Assembly (NCBI GenBank): GCA_951406725.2
Contig: OX597820.1
Span: 6,882,001 to 6,946,000, forward strand
Direction: 5' to 3'
Source: Octopus vulgaris
Taxonomy: Eukaryota
Length of the DNA stretch: 64,000 nt
Shown: positions 1-14,665 of the stretch, one piece after another
Layout of the letters: every line of letters starts with the position of its first letter
Position numbering within the stretch: the stretch's first letter is position 1
The notes under the pieces: model-generated
Told to the model about the DNA's origin: nothing
The model's database searches: none
What the model saw: only the letters and a program-made list of their open reading frames with translations
Translations under genes and position numbers: made by a program

Positions 1-1976
1 ATAAATAACATTATCAATTTCATTTGATGTCCCAACTGACCACCACCTTTATACGTTCCACTTGGCATGTTATAGTTAAACATCAACATTATCAATGTGT
101 TTTATGGGTTCTCGGGGTTTGCAGTGAAGAGGCCCGGTGAATTCGCAGTTAGCTCTTTGCATAACGGACTCTTTAAATGTAGAAAAATGTTCAGAATTTG
201 TCAGTGAGGTGTGGAATCTCAAAGAAAACTCTACTAATAAACATGTTTTTAAAATCTACTAAAATTCTGCGTAATTTTCGGTTCGTTATTAAACTATTTC
301 CTCAAACGAAACATGGAAAACTATTAAACAATGACTGAATGTTGGTTTATTATAATTTTATTATAAAGTTATCATAATTTGGTTTGTTTGAGAGGTCGGT
401 GCTTCTGAGAAATATTAATCATGGATTCGTCCACAAAGAAAGCGATCTGTAATTAATATACGTTTGTTTATAGTCATAAGATGAAGTGTAATTTGGCACA
501 GAAACCAGCGGCCTTAGAATAAAACCTTTCTGCCATGCATTTACGGAAAACGCATCTACATACGTACGCATACGCATACATATACGTACACATACACACA
601 TATGCCCATATACATACGGGCACACATACGGATAGAATATATCTGTATATACGTATAAGTATACACTCATATATATATATATATATATATACATGGATGC
701 ATACATACATACATAGATGCATGCATGCATACATACATGCCTAAATACCAATCTTGAGAAACAAAGCTTCTCCAAATAAGAAAGGAAAAAAAAACTAATT
801 CGAAGATTGCAGATCAAATCCTTCATTGGAACTGTAAAAATCTGCAAAACTTTCCAGAATTTTATCATTTAAATATATATGTGCATGTCTAGATATGCAA
901 CTATATCCATGAGAATACATACATAAGACAAAACATACAAATCTGCACATACAGAAACATACATACATACACACACGTATATATACAATCTTTTCCCCTC
1001 TACACATTCTGATCGAATCCTGCGTGTGTTAACGTGGGCCTTCTAACGACAATGTAAACTTTCATTTAATCAAGATGTCCATGGCCTGAAGAGTAGTCTG
1101 TGGTATACATCTTGCTTGGATATTTACCACTTCCGAGAGGTTCCCCGCGCTATGAACATAAGTAGCTAGGACCTTATCTACCCCATTCCTTCACTCTTTT
1201 GTATATGTGTGAGTATATATATAAATATATATAATAAATGCCAAGATGAATTTCTGTGTGTCAGTATGTCACACTTTGACCCCTCTCTCACTAATCAATG
1301 ACACTTCTACTATTCCTCCTGCTGGTGCGAGAGTAATATTGTAGGCATAGACACGGTAGTAGATTGATGATTGTGATGGTAATGGGGTGATAGTAATAGT
1401 ATGAGCTGTAGTTGTGATAGAGGTGGAGGAGACGGTGATGATGGTGTTGGTAGTAGCTGAGGCGGTCAAACATGACGGTGATAGTAAGGAATGTGAAATA
1501 CAGTGGAGACAGTGGTGGAGGGGAAGGTGTCTAAATCAAAAGGGTATTGATGTTGGTGGCGTCAGAAGTCTGAATGGTGTGTGTATGGCAGTTGTGGTGG
1601 CGATGGTGATAATTGAAAACAGTCAACAGAAAGAGAGAGAAAGAAAGAGATTAGAGAGAAAAAATAGTTGTACTGACCCTCGAATATGAAGGCAAAAAAC
1701 TTGTTTATCATGCAGCTTTGCAATAAGTTCCAAGTCGACAAATTATATCACGGTTTTGGTAAAAATTGTTCATTGCTTGAAAAATATCGGTCAAGTCTAA
1801 TAAAATTGAATACATACTCAATGCATGAAGTGTCCTTATTGGGCACAAAGCAGATGAAGAGCCCTCCACAGGAGCTAGCTTAAGGACCACCCAATGGGGT
1901 AGCTTTTAAGTAAGTATACATATATATTCTTTTATTCGTTACAGTCATGCAGTCGCGGTCATGCTGGAGCACCATC

Positions 1977-2390
<414 letters not shown>

Positions 2391-2394
2391 GAAG

Positions 2395-2590
2395 TGCAGC
2401 TGATGAGATTTCTGTTAAGTGAATTTTTCCTGGAGCTGTCTTGCTTAGAATAACACGCCAATTATTCCTCCAGAGGCGCGAAACACACAATGAGATTCCC
2501 CTAACACTTTCTCTCAGATGATTTGGAGGTGGTTAAGCAGAATTCTGGCAAAAATTTTCTCTAGGGCAGAGAGGAAGACAGAACATGATA
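2395..2590 (-). mobile_element. RTE-clade LINE reverse transcriptase fragment (decayed)
   Basis: Minus frame reads SALEKIFARILLNHLQII*EKVLGESHCVFRASGGIIGVLF*ARQLQEK, matching the RTE RT motif KILARILLNRL..E.Q.GFR..R...D..F..RQLQEK; contains stops. Confidence 0.75.
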
Positions 2591-3397
2591 GCATATGTGC
2601 ACGCCTTTTCGTGATATATCTTTCAAAACCACACGCAGGCTCACACACACACACACACACACACAAATACAACACATGCACATACATATTTATATACATG
2701 CATATATAAATATATATACATTTACATATATATATATATAGGTATGTGTATATATATATATAAATGTAACGCAATAGACTGCGCGTAAAAAATCCGATGT
2801 GTAAACATTGAATTCACACATTCAGTTGACGCCTCGGTATGTGTAACAACAAGAATTCACACACAAATTCGAATAACGGGAGTTTCCATTCCTTTTGTTT
2901 TCTACATGTATTGCAAGGAAACTTCTTCAGCAATTAATATCTCGGGAGAAGGTTATAATTTGCAAAGAAATAATAACTTAAAACCAAAGCAAAGAAATTT
3001 CACTCTACACTTTAAGTAGTGTGGCTTAGTTCATATCAAACATGGAATGAATAAATGTACTTTATAATTCAGATCATTTCCTTTGTTGATAATTGTAAGT
3101 TGCTTCATGAAACCTATTCGTGGGTGTTTAACGGCGCAGCTATTTCGGCGTGGAACCATATTCTGAATACGATGACAGTTGCTTAGTCGAGGATGTTCAG
3201 TCTTTAAGGGCAAGATCTCCCAAGAAGTTTTATTTCTGAATTCGAGTCATTTTCAATTGCAAAAACAACTAGTTACTCTAAGAACAACCATAACGAAACG
3301 GGGCTACTCACAAACTTAATAGTGTTATTGTATACATTTGTACTTTGTACGTGTATCTCGAATCTAAATTTTAGAGTATATATATGTGGAGTATGTG

Positions 3398-3435
<38 letters not shown>

Positions 3436-3454
3436 CATGTATAGAGTATATATA

Positions 3455-3650
3455 GGGAGAGTTTACGAAAAAAAAAGACGAAGACAGGTGGTGTACAAAA
3501 CAAACAGATGTATTAGTATAACGCTCAGGAATAGAAAAAGTCTTTTACGTTTCGTGCCTACGCTCTTCTACAGAAAGGGACACAGAAAAACAAGGAGAGA
3601 AACAAGGAGAGAAAAAATGTGTGCAGTGGCGAACGATCTATCATCGTGAT
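3455..3650 (-). mobile_element. Short TA-embedded element family A (Penelope pLTR-like, hammerhead-like motif), copy 1
   Basis: Near-identical to 37378-37513 and 52407-52597, and to the reverse copies 61107-61279 and 42497-42540; bounded by (TA)n. Confidence 0.75.
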
Positions 3651-3859
3651 ACAGAGTATATATATATATACACACACACAGATATGTATATGTGTGTATG
3701 TGTGCGTGCGTGCGTAGGACGGGCTTTCTCACAGTCTATGTCTACCAAATTCACTCTCAGGGTCTGCAAGGACTATAGTAGCATAAACGTGCTCGAAGAG
3801 CCGCCTAGTGGAAGTGAAGTCAACGTTATTACATGGTGAACTCTCACCCCGATCCGCAT

Positions 3860-5530
3860 TTATTGCAATGAGAATCAAGACACAATGCTTTTAATAACAA
3901 TTTACCTGTAAGACTAATAAAACCTTCTAAATCCAGCCCGGTTATTATTAGACAGAAATCATCGATTCACATACAAAACAAAAACATACATGGTTTTATA
4001 TCTGTCGAGAATTACGCTTGGTGTAATAAAATGGTTCCAAGAGAATTCTGATAAAAATAGGTGTCACATCTTCCAGTTTGACATTTAGTACTATTATACA
4101 ACAATATCAAAGCGAATATTTATTGCAGGTTTGAACTTTGTCAAATCAATTACAACAATCAATGAAACAGATATTATATCACTATGAGAGAGAAAATCTC
4201 TTTTATTCCATAACAATACACAATGGATAAAGAAAAACACTAAGGAAGCATTTGATGTGAGCACGGGATCACAATCTCTGCAGAGGTCAATATTGTCGGG
4301 CTTTATATAAGCGATACACACTAAATTCCATTTTGTTTCAAGTGGCCTTTATAGAGATGAGAGCTTACTGTTCCTCAGAAATATCAAAACGCTGCAATCA
4401 GACAGTTGTAGGAAAAATTACATCTCTTCATTTAAAACATAGCATTCTCTTTTACAGTTACTTTCTTTGACGTGAAATTAAACTTAGAACTTTCAATTCC
4501 AAACCTCATAAAAGCCAAAAACAAAAATCCAGTATATTCGCATCCGATGTAAACATCCTCAAATTATAACTAAAAACGTTGTTAAAAGCATTTCAATACG
4601 AGTTTTTTAAACATCTAAAAGGTCTCTGTATTCAACGAAATAGCAGCTTCGTTTTACGAAGTACTTCAAAACATCGGTTGGTGAGGAAGGGCCAATACAA
4701 CACCACAACAACAATAAACAGCAAACACAAAATAGACACAAAAACATTATCTGGTTCAATCCACTCTCTGTAATCTATGTCTTCGCGACAATATACAGCG
4801 TATTGATCGAATGAAACAAACACAAGCTAAATAAATCTAAGACATCATAGGACAGAAGAAACTGAAATAAGGAAAGCCAAAGATGAGTAACAAATTCCTC
4901 TCTTCCTCACAAATCCCTGCTGATCTACGTAAGTAAAGGGCAAACTTCTCTTACATTGGATATCTCGCTCTAGAAACAAACTTTCAAGAAGAAAAACACA
5001 ATTGTCCAAGTCAGTCACATACATTTACATCATTATAGTAGACCACCAAAAATCCAAATACAAGGTATATTAAACAAATCTAATATGATTTTAGCCGACG
5101 ATAATCGCTCACACTACACTCTCAATCTATGAATTGCCAATGGATAACCCATACATCCTGCCATTTCGAGAGGAGCTGCCTCGTTAGTACAACAGTAATC
5201 AGCAACATAATAGCAACATCTATAGCTACATATGCAGGTGTAACTACAAAACAGTTCAAATGAAATTACTATCAACACTCGAACACATTTCGGAAACCAA
5301 AGAGGAGACAATGATTCAAAACATCGCATAAAGCATTAATTGGCTAACGTGAAAATCCGTGAAGTGATACAAGTCAAACACCAGACCTTGCAAACGCCCT
5401 ATCGCTAAAGCAGCCCCTAAATTCTCATTTATAAAGTTAAACTACTCAATTGCTGCCCAGAAATAGCTTTTTCTTGACAACAACAAAAAAATTTAAATTA
5501 CGTAAAGTAAATTTCTAAATTTTGCCAGTG
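3860..5530 (+). mobile_element. Decayed Penelope-like retroelement (RT + C-terminal GIY-YIG endonuclease)
   Basis: Ordered degenerate motifs PVRLIKPSKS, VIKWFQ..DK....FQFDI, RKSLLFHNNTQWIKK, FDVSTGS, IVGLY, GLYRDESL (cf. GLYRDDGL), TFFDVKLNL, KHPQII, then YAGVTTKQFK*NYYQHSNTF (cf. YIG.T...FK.RY..H..SF); many frameshifts and stops. Confidence 0.8.
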
Positions 5531-5940
5531 GCTTCTTTCTCCCTGAAATCCATCTACAACATCGTTTAAAGATATACATCAATCTTGCCACCCAAGAAGA
5601 AATATATAGAAGCCTTTAAAAACCACACTACATCACCGGATGTAGGGGTGGGGATACGTTGAATGAAACTTCGAATTTCTTGTCAACCTCTCGCTGTAAA
5701 ATCGACTGAAAAGCTTTGACTCAGCCTTGACATGCACATATATGTGTATGCATACATGTAAGGGTAAAAAAAATTAACATGGTAAAAGTTTTTATTTTTC
5801 GTTCCCTTCGAAATTGCTCTTAAATGGGGTTTTGGCCATTTTGACTGTTTCTTCTAGCGTGTAAATGTAACCTGTTAAATGTAGTTTCCCTTTTGTTTAA
5901 ATGTACACTATTTTATACTAAGATATGTTAAGGTGTATAT

Positions 5941-6057
5941 ATATATATATATATATAAAGTATAATATACATGTATGTATATACATAATAATGTAATGGT
6001 ATATATATATATATATAAAGTATAATATACATGTATGTATATACATAATAATGTAAT

Positions 6058-6060
<3 letters not shown>
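5941..6060. repeat. Perfect 60-bp tandem duplication containing TA repeats
   Basis: 5941-6000 is identical to 6001-6060. Confidence 0.9.
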
Positions 6061-6099
<39 letters not shown>

Positions 6100-6228
6100 A
6101 ATCTACCTACCTATCTAGAATGATAGGAAGGTAGATAGTTATGCACATATATTTATATTTCAATATATACATCTCTCTCTCACACACACACATATACATA
6201 TATATATGTGTGTGTGTGTATGTGCGCG

Positions 6229-6263
<35 letters not shown>

Positions 6264-7278
6264 GCATATATAAATAGACAATTATGGATATATATACATA
6301 CGAGTGTCGCTATATATGTGTGAATGTATGCAATGATACGAAGTGCGTGTGTATAGACATTTCTAAATGTCTAAGTCTCTATGAATATGTTCTCGCTTTT
6401 CTGCATAAACACACACGCACACACACACACACACACATTTCTATACAAGACTTTCTGAAAGTGTGTATGTGTAGCTGGGTGTTTATGTGTATATATTCAT
6501 GTGTGTAGGTGTGTCTGTGTATGTACGTGCATATATTTGCATATATGTATGTGTGTGTTTGTGTGCTTTTATCCACATACATGATGTAAGAGAAGCTGAT
6601 ACTAGTTCAGTTTATATTGCTCGAAGGTAACAAGCATTGTTGTCAAATACGTGTCGTGTTAGTGTGTTAATATGTAAATAGGAGTGCGTTTTCACGCCTA
6701 TGTTCGTGGATACACGAGTGAGCGTGTGTGTTCTGTATGTGTATGCTAATGCCTGCTTCTATGTGTGTGTGTGTGTGTATCCAGTGTACTAACAGCTGCA
6801 AGTAATGCGATGCAAACATTGTCATTCTGTCCACAGTCAAGACATTGTTCATCACATTTCTCAACTCACAATTACAACCGAGTTAACTAAAATCTCTCTA
6901 TTGTTCGATATTCCGCTATTCTTTCATTCTTTCTACTGTTTTTACTCACCAGAGACTGCGTACGGTCAGGCTGGAGCAACGCCTTCTAGCCATGTTAGTC
7001 GATTCAAAGGATTATTCTCAACACTTACACTTTGTCCGGTGCAAATGTTATCTAACTTGGAGGAGGAGGAGGAAGGAGGGATGGGGGGGGGGAAGAAAGT
7101 GGTTTGGAGGAGGTGGAGGAGGACGGTAAACGAAGGTTGACAGGAATGATGAGAGCAGAATGAATATAGAACGAAATACAATTTATCTTTGTTCAACGCA
7201 CCGATTGCTGCCAACTATCATCGATGTAAACATTGAATGATACGTATAGATATACATACGTCTTCATAAAACCATGTG

Positions 7279-7319
<41 letters not shown>

Positions 7320-7630
7320 TGTGTGTGTTTTGCAAGATTCCTGATGTGAAATCGTGTGTTGAAACAGACATTGTTGAATCTTGGGATGGGAATTTTTGAT
7401 TTTTTGCTAAATATATACACAAGCATTATATATATATGTTCTTTATCCGTTTATTACTGTTATTTTTTAAAATATTATTTTAACTCATGTCCATTATCCA
7501 AAAATATTTCGTCACACATCTGTGACCTCTTCAGCGACACTTTTCGCTTTCCTGTGCGCTCCTGCTCCACTTACTCCATTCTGTTCTTCTAAGATGTGCA
7601 TCCTTATGTGCGCATGCGTATGTGTACTTG

Positions 7631-7680
<50 letters not shown>

Positions 7681-7849
7681 GAAATAAGATACGAACAGTA
7701 ATAAACGAGTAAAGAAAAAATATATAGCGCGTGTGTTTATTTCGCAAAAAACATGACAATCCCGAAATCCGATACACATATGTATATGTATACATACACA
7801 TATATGTATGTGTGTGTATATACATATATATATATATATATATATACAC

Positions 7850-7886
<37 letters not shown>

Positions 7887-7912
7887 CATATATGTATATA
7901 TATATATGTATG

Positions 7913-7944
<32 letters not shown>

Positions 7945-8043
7945 TGTATTATGTATATATATACATATATGTATTATGTATATATATATATATATATATA
8001 TATACATACATATATACATATACATATATGTATTGTGTATGTA

Positions 8044-8077
<34 letters not shown>

Positions 8078-8087
8078 CTTTATTTAA

Positions 8088-8187
8088 ATTGTTGAATTTT
8101 CTGCTGCTTTAAGTAAAGCATATTACCCTACCACTGGTATTTGAGTACTCTTTTTTCCACCTTGTTTCACATTTATGTTTACTCCGG
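8088..8187. mobile_element. Collapsed fold-back element related to 18658-18900
   Basis: ctttatttaaa...tttaagtaaag residual inverted ends; tail ctggtatttgagtactcttttttccaccttgtttcacatttatgtttactccg resembles 18843-18898; flanked by (TA)n. Confidence 0.5.
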
Positions 8188-8519
8188 TATATATATACAT
8201 ATATATATATATACATACATATATATATTTATATATACATATATATATATATACATATATATAATAATAAGAGTAAATAATTTCTATAAAGGCTTTTAAA
8301 AAAGCCTCAATTATTTACTGGTAGAATTCGGTATGTAAATATAGCCGATTACCGGCAGGAACTTCTGTAAAGTTCAGTATATATATTGTATATAAGAAAA
8401 AGGGACAGGCAAAACAGGTTGCTTGACCGCATACCGAAAAAATAGAAATAGCAGTCAAGAATGCTTATTTCTATCAAGAATGCTTATTTCTATCATATAT
8501 ATATATATATATACATACA

Positions 8520-8662
8520 TACACTCTTCTAATGGTTCTCTCCTTGTATAGAGAGATATAGGAATCTAATGCTTGAAACATATACATGTTATATTTTACT
8601 TGTTTCAAGCATTATATTCCTATATCTCTATATACAAGGAGAGAACCATTAAAAGAGTGTAT
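8520..8662. repeat. Fold-back inverted repeat (about 61-bp arms, 20-nt loop) next to TA tract
   Basis: 8520-8580 is the reverse complement of 8601-8662 with few mismatches. Confidence 0.9.
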
Positions 8663-9163
8663 ACTTTAGATTTTCTAAAGTATCTAGTATGTCCTTATTA
8701 TATATTACCATTACTTATTGAACTCTACGGGTTATAAGTAAAAATTGGAGGTATGCCATCAATCAATTTACTAGAAATAATCATTGAATTAGTTCATAAC
8801 ATCAAAAGCCTCGTGAATGAATAAAATTAATTTCAACGAATGAAAACCATTTTTATTTTCGAATGACTTGTAATAAATTAAAACTACTGCTACTAAAACC
8901 GAGTTTGGGTTGGTAGCTTTACCTCTGCTGCATTCCAGTCGGAAGTTACCCTAGAACACAACATAGATAAATGGATGTATGAAATAGGTATAACTATTCG
9001 ATTAAGAAAAATTGAAGCCTTAAAATTTGACCGGGTTTATGTGAAAATAAAAGTTTAAATCATATTTTAAAATCACATATATTTGTATATATATATTTGT
9101 ATATAATAAGGAGAACAGGGAATTCCAGTATTATTCTGCTATGAATCACGTCTTTCCATTTCT

Positions 9164-9224
9164 GCACCTACACATGTTTCCGCTGGATTTTGCGCACACA
9201 GCAAAATTTTGCATCTTGGTGTGC
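9164..9224 (-). ncRNA. Degenerate type I hammerhead-like motif
   Basis: Minus strand gcacacc-AAGA-tgc...gcg-GAAAC-atgt-GTA-ggtgc; 3' half canonical, CUGA of the core damaged. Confidence 0.4.
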
Positions 9225-9811
9225 ATTTTGGTGCTAATTGCCGCTTGTTCTGGGTGCCATTAACAGCGTTTCAGGTCTCGTTTGAACTAAATGCAAGTCC
9301 GTCTAATGTATTTCATACCTGAAGTGTTAGAATTGTACCTGAAGCATAAATATGTTACCGAACTTTTCTCTTTTTGCATTCTAAGAATGCTCCACATCTT
9401 CATTATTTTGCAAGATCTGTCACATTATTATGGGTGCACCCATATTTATATGCCACATTAATATGCTGTTGCACCCATATTAATGTGGCAGATCTCCTCG
9501 CACTACATTCAAACAATCCTAATTCTTTGATGAAACAATAGAATCAATCTTAATTTTTTTTTTCCTGTACAGAGACCGAGGCGCCAATGTGAAAGGTGAG
9601 CCTGTCTGTCTGTCTCTCACCAGTTATAAAGGATGTATCAAAGTACGGAGCACTGCCCCACTGGTCTGCAAATCTACAACAAATGGAAACACTTCCAAAT
9701 GTCGGACTCCGTCACATGAGTCACCGTCTCACTGGTTCATCACCCAAAGTCTCATACAAAACATAAATAATATTAGTTTCATATTTTGCCACAATGCCTG
9801 CAATTTCGAGA

Positions 9812-9982
9812 GCGGCGGATAATCGATTAGATGGACCCCAACGCTAAACTGGTACTTATTTCATCGACCCCAAAAGGATGAAAAGCAAACTCAACCTCGG
9901 CAGAATTTGAACTCAGGAGAGAAAGACGGCCGAAATGCCGCTAAGTATTCTGTCCAGCGTACTAAAAACTCCGACTGCTCAC
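9812..9982 (-). mobile_element. tRNA-headed SINE family S1, degenerate copy
   Basis: Similar to 43294-43524 (ctggtactt..atcgacccc.aaaggatgaaa.gcaaa.tc.acctcggc.gaatttgaactcag). Confidence 0.8.
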
Positions 9983-10298
9983 CATTTTAAAAGAAGAAAT
10001 ATTAAGGAATCTAATTTGAACTTTATACCGCGTAAAATTGACGTTTATTTACTGTAAACATCTGTGCCTTATTGTTTCACAGCTTTCATTTGCTCGCATC
10101 TTATTCACTTAGAGACATTTTGTTGTTGTTCGTTTATATCATAAACACGTTGTTGTTTTTCCTAACGCAAAAACATATGTTCACCTGGGTCCGTTCTAAA
10201 AATACTACCAAGAATAACGTAGCGGCTTTCTTTGTAATGTATACACGATTACTTGCATACGCAGTAAAAGACACACGAAAACAACACACGCATAATTA

Positions 10299-10337
<39 letters not shown>

Positions 10338-10709
10338 GGATAGATAAACAGACAGACATACAAAGAAACAGAAGTACATACATACAGGCACTTATAGCGA
10401 TAAATAGATAGTTCGGTATGCAGACAGGACAGACAAATGCACAGGCAGGCAGACAGAAAGAGACAGATAGAAAGAGATAGATGGATAGACAGATAGACAG
10501 GTAGATAGATAGACAGGTAGATAGGTAGGTATGTAGGTAGATAGATAGATAGATAAATAGATAGGTACGTAGGTAGATAGATAGATAGATAGATAGATAG
10601 ACAGGTAGATAGACAGGTAGATAGACAGGTAGATAGAGAGACAGACAGATAGAAAGACAGACAGACAGATAGTTAGACAGGTAAATAGATAGATAGACAG
10701 ACAGACAGA

Positions 10710-11782
10710 CAGGGCTGCACACAGATGGGACAAGTTACAAGGTAGAGCTTTTCTTTTGGGGGATGAAGAGAACAAAAAACAAAAGAAAGAAAAAAAAGGG
10801 GTGGCGTAGGTTTTCGATCAAGAGGGATCGTAAAAGGGAAGAAAAGAACAAAAACAAAAAAACAAAACAAAAAAAATTGAATAAAATAAAAAGAATAAAA
10901 AGAAAAAAAAAGAAAAGGAACAAAAGGAAAGAGAAATGAAAAAAGAAGAAAAAAGGGGAAAAAAGGGGAAGAGGAAAAAAAAGAACGATCAATAGGGATC
11001 GTGTATCACAGTGTTATGATATATGGTGTAAAGGGGAAAGCAAGTAAGGTTTATCCGTGGGAAGAAAAGCCTACGAAAAAGACCACGGTAACCTTGGTCA
11101 ATATTGTTATATGTTACCACATTTGTTTGCAAGTGGGTAACCTTCTGTTTTCAATTTCTGGGTTCATAGGATTATGCTCAAGGTGGCTTCGTCATTCATA
11201 CGTGCCATCCTTGCTACATTCACCCATCTTTTTTTAAAACATTCGCTAGACAAAACTTGCCTCTCTACTCTCACTTTCCTTTTCAAGTGGTACTTGAAGA
11301 AGTTGATGAGAGATTGACCAGAGAGGAAAGCATTTGTCTCCAATCCTTTCAGACGCGTCCACCAGATACATTCTTTCGCCATAGCCACAAGGATGATGAA
11401 AATAGCTCTTCCTTCCAGTGTGAAGGAAGGAGGCGTGACAATATTGACGATAGACTCAGCTGATAAACCGACTCGTCCCACACGTGACAGCAGTTGTTCG
11501 ACATAAGCCCACAGGTCGGAAATTGTTGGACACTGCACGAGTGCGTGCAGAACGCTTTCGTCGCTCTGACCGCATCTCGGGCAGGTCGGCCCCGTGTTTC
11601 TCGAGCCGTGTCTGTAGAGCTTATCCCGAACGGGTAGCGCTTCTCGGTAGCACTGCCAGGATCTCTGGAAGTTGTCCATGGGCCCTGGCCCGAAAGTCGT
11701 CCTGAACAGGCGGGTCAGGTACTCCTCGTCGACGTCCAGGTTCGCCCCGAGCTCGTCGTCGTACCTCCCCTCCACTAATCCC
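10710..11782 (-). mobile_element. 5'-truncated Tx1/L1-clade LINE (zf-RVT/CCHC C-terminus plus pyrimidine-rich 3' UTR) inserted in (GATA/GACA)n
   Basis: ORF 11164-11784 has WQCYREALPVRDKL..CPRCGQSDESVLHALVQC..W, the L1/Tx1 C-terminal zinc knuckle; uninterrupted frame; GATA/GACA arrays on both sides. Confidence 0.85.
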
Positions 11783-11843
<61 letters not shown>

Positions 11844-13076
11844 TAGGTAGATAGATAGACAGGTAGATAGATAGATAGAGAGAGAGAGAGACAGACAGAC
11901 ACGATACGATGGCTTTTCACACAGTCTCCATAAGTAAATGGTAGAAAACAATGCCACTGCATCGCTGTCTGATCGAATATGAAACTTGGTTACAATAAAA
12001 CTAAATGCTGAACCACGTAGCCAATGCTATTATCATTACACACAGATATTAAAGGAACATGTTACAGAGAGAGAGAGACAGAGTGTGAAGTCTTTAAGTG
12101 TATTTAAATTCCGATTAGAAAAATACTTTACATTCAACGCTATTGTTCTCAAAGGTATTGAAATAAATTGAAGGAACTACTTGATGTGTGTGTGTGTGGT
12201 GGAGTGATTGTGACGGTGAGTGAAGAGGTTAGCTCTAGACATAAACCGTTGTGTAAGCCAGGGAAGGATGAGAGGTTATTAAACTGTAATGAAATGGTGA
12301 AATATCAAAGAGAAAGATATCATAGCATGATAATTAGGTAATATCAAGTGGAGAAGGTTATTAGGAAGTGAAGAATATAAAGGAACACTCATAAATGACA
12401 TAATGCAGGCGTAATAATACACACAAATATTCGTACACCGACAGAAGACATCGCCATGTATAATCAGACACCAAGAGAACATATGTAACACACATATACA
12501 AACACAGACACACATGTACACACATACATACATAGATACATATATACATACACACACACACATATATACATACACACACATATATGTATATGTGTATGTA
12601 TATATATATATATGTATGTATATGTGTATATATATATATGTATGTATATATATGCACAACTGTATGTTTGCACGCACAGACATATGTGTGTGTATGTCTA
12701 TGTGTATGTATGTAAGTAACACGCAATCAAAGACGAGTTTGTACGTGTGTGTGTGTCTGTGTGTGGGTGGTGCGTGTTCAACAAATCTGTCTCTAATGGA
12801 ATAGTTTGCTAATTTAAGTCCATTCTAATCCATACAAGTCAATTAGACACGACTGATAGAATAAACAAATAAAAACACAAACAAACACCACACACACACA
12901 CACACTCACACATACACATATATAAATGAACTGAAACGCATAAAGGTATATGCGTATGCATACGCATGCCAACGTACGCACACATACAAAAATACACACA
13001 TATATACAGAGTGTATATATATATATACATTATGTATATATATATATATATATATGTATCTATATATATATGTATG

Positions 13077-13128
<52 letters not shown>

Positions 13129-13220
13129 TATATATATATATATATATACATAAGTTATGTATGTATATGTATGTATCTATGAATACGGGTGTATTTACAT
13201 GTATATATATGTATACTCAC

Positions 13221-13266
<46 letters not shown>

Positions 13267-14622
13267 ACACCATGTAAAGTCAAACCAATTGGCCCAGAGG
13301 CGATTGGTTCCTGACAAATTAAGAACAATAATTGGAAATATAAATCCTCAATGAAAATCAATAATATTATTCACTGAGGCCGTAATCAATCAGGTTTAGA
13401 AGTCGATAATTATCTCCATAAACTTGCACATACAATACACCATACACAGCAACACCATCTCATATAAATACATATGTGTGTGTGTGTTCAGTCATACACC
13501 TGACGGGCTTCGCTTAATTATCATTTAGCGCAGGGACAAACCCGCCACCCATTTACTCCCACTGTGATTTCATTGATCAAACTTTGATCTTTTAGACACT
13601 GTGTATTTTATGTCTATACGTGGGTGCTGAGTGTGGATAAGCGGTTAGCAATCATGTTGTTGCACGTTCGATCCCGTGCTTAGCATCTTCCGTAATTTCG
13701 CCATCAGCTCAGCTCAGCACATGCGAGTGAAATGTCCAAATGGAAATTGTGTAGAAGCTCACTCAAATGACTGGCCTTGTCCCCACTCCCACCATTCAGA
13801 CCCAACACTCAGACAAATACGGGAGTACGTTCTTATAAATGAAACCTCCCCAATATTAAATAGGAAATATACACAATAAATACCATACCTCCATATCCAC
13901 AGTTTACACAGGTAGAGTAGAATAGTTAGTGGACTGTTAGGTAGATAAATGTATGTATGTGGGTTTGAGTGTGTGTATGTAGGTGTGTGTGTGTGTATGC
14001 CTTTTTTTAAATCATCATTATTTTTTTGTTATATTTTCTTATATTTCTTATTCTTTTTTTTTTCATTTCTGTATGTAAGCATTTAGATATGTAAATAAAC
14101 AGATCAACATACAGACGGATAGGTACATAGGTTACAAGAACAGACACATATGGAGACATGGATCCACTCATATAAAGATGCACATCCATACATACATACA
14201 TGGTACATAGTTACATAACACACACACACACACACAGATATGCATACACAAGGAGACAGAGGTGCATACATATGCAAACACACGCTCACACACACACATA
14301 CATAGAAAATGCACAAACACGGACAGGCAAGCACATAAATATGCAGGATACATACATACAGATGCACACACATACATACATATGCATGCACACACATATA
14401 TACATACACATGCAAACACACACACACACTGACCCACACACATGCGCACAAACAAACATTAGGGAACGCAGTGTAAATAGCGGACAGAGTCAAGACTATT
14501 GAAAAGGTTGCAAGACGCAACGAAAATTTTAGGAAAAAAACCCCGAAATAAGTGGAAATTTTACTGGTGAGTATATTAAATAATAAGGTACTAAAAGAGA
14601 ATGACTCTCCCCAGACACAACA

Positions 14623-14665
<43 letters not shown>

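Noticed and set aside
8520-8600. Hammerhead within the 8520 hairpin
   Set aside because: Both arms read (C/T)TAATGG instead of CTGANGA, and no helix I partner is present
11164-11784. 206-aa ORF as a host gene
   Set aside because: C-terminus of a 5'-truncated Tx1/L1-type ORF2; its ATG arises at the microsatellite junction
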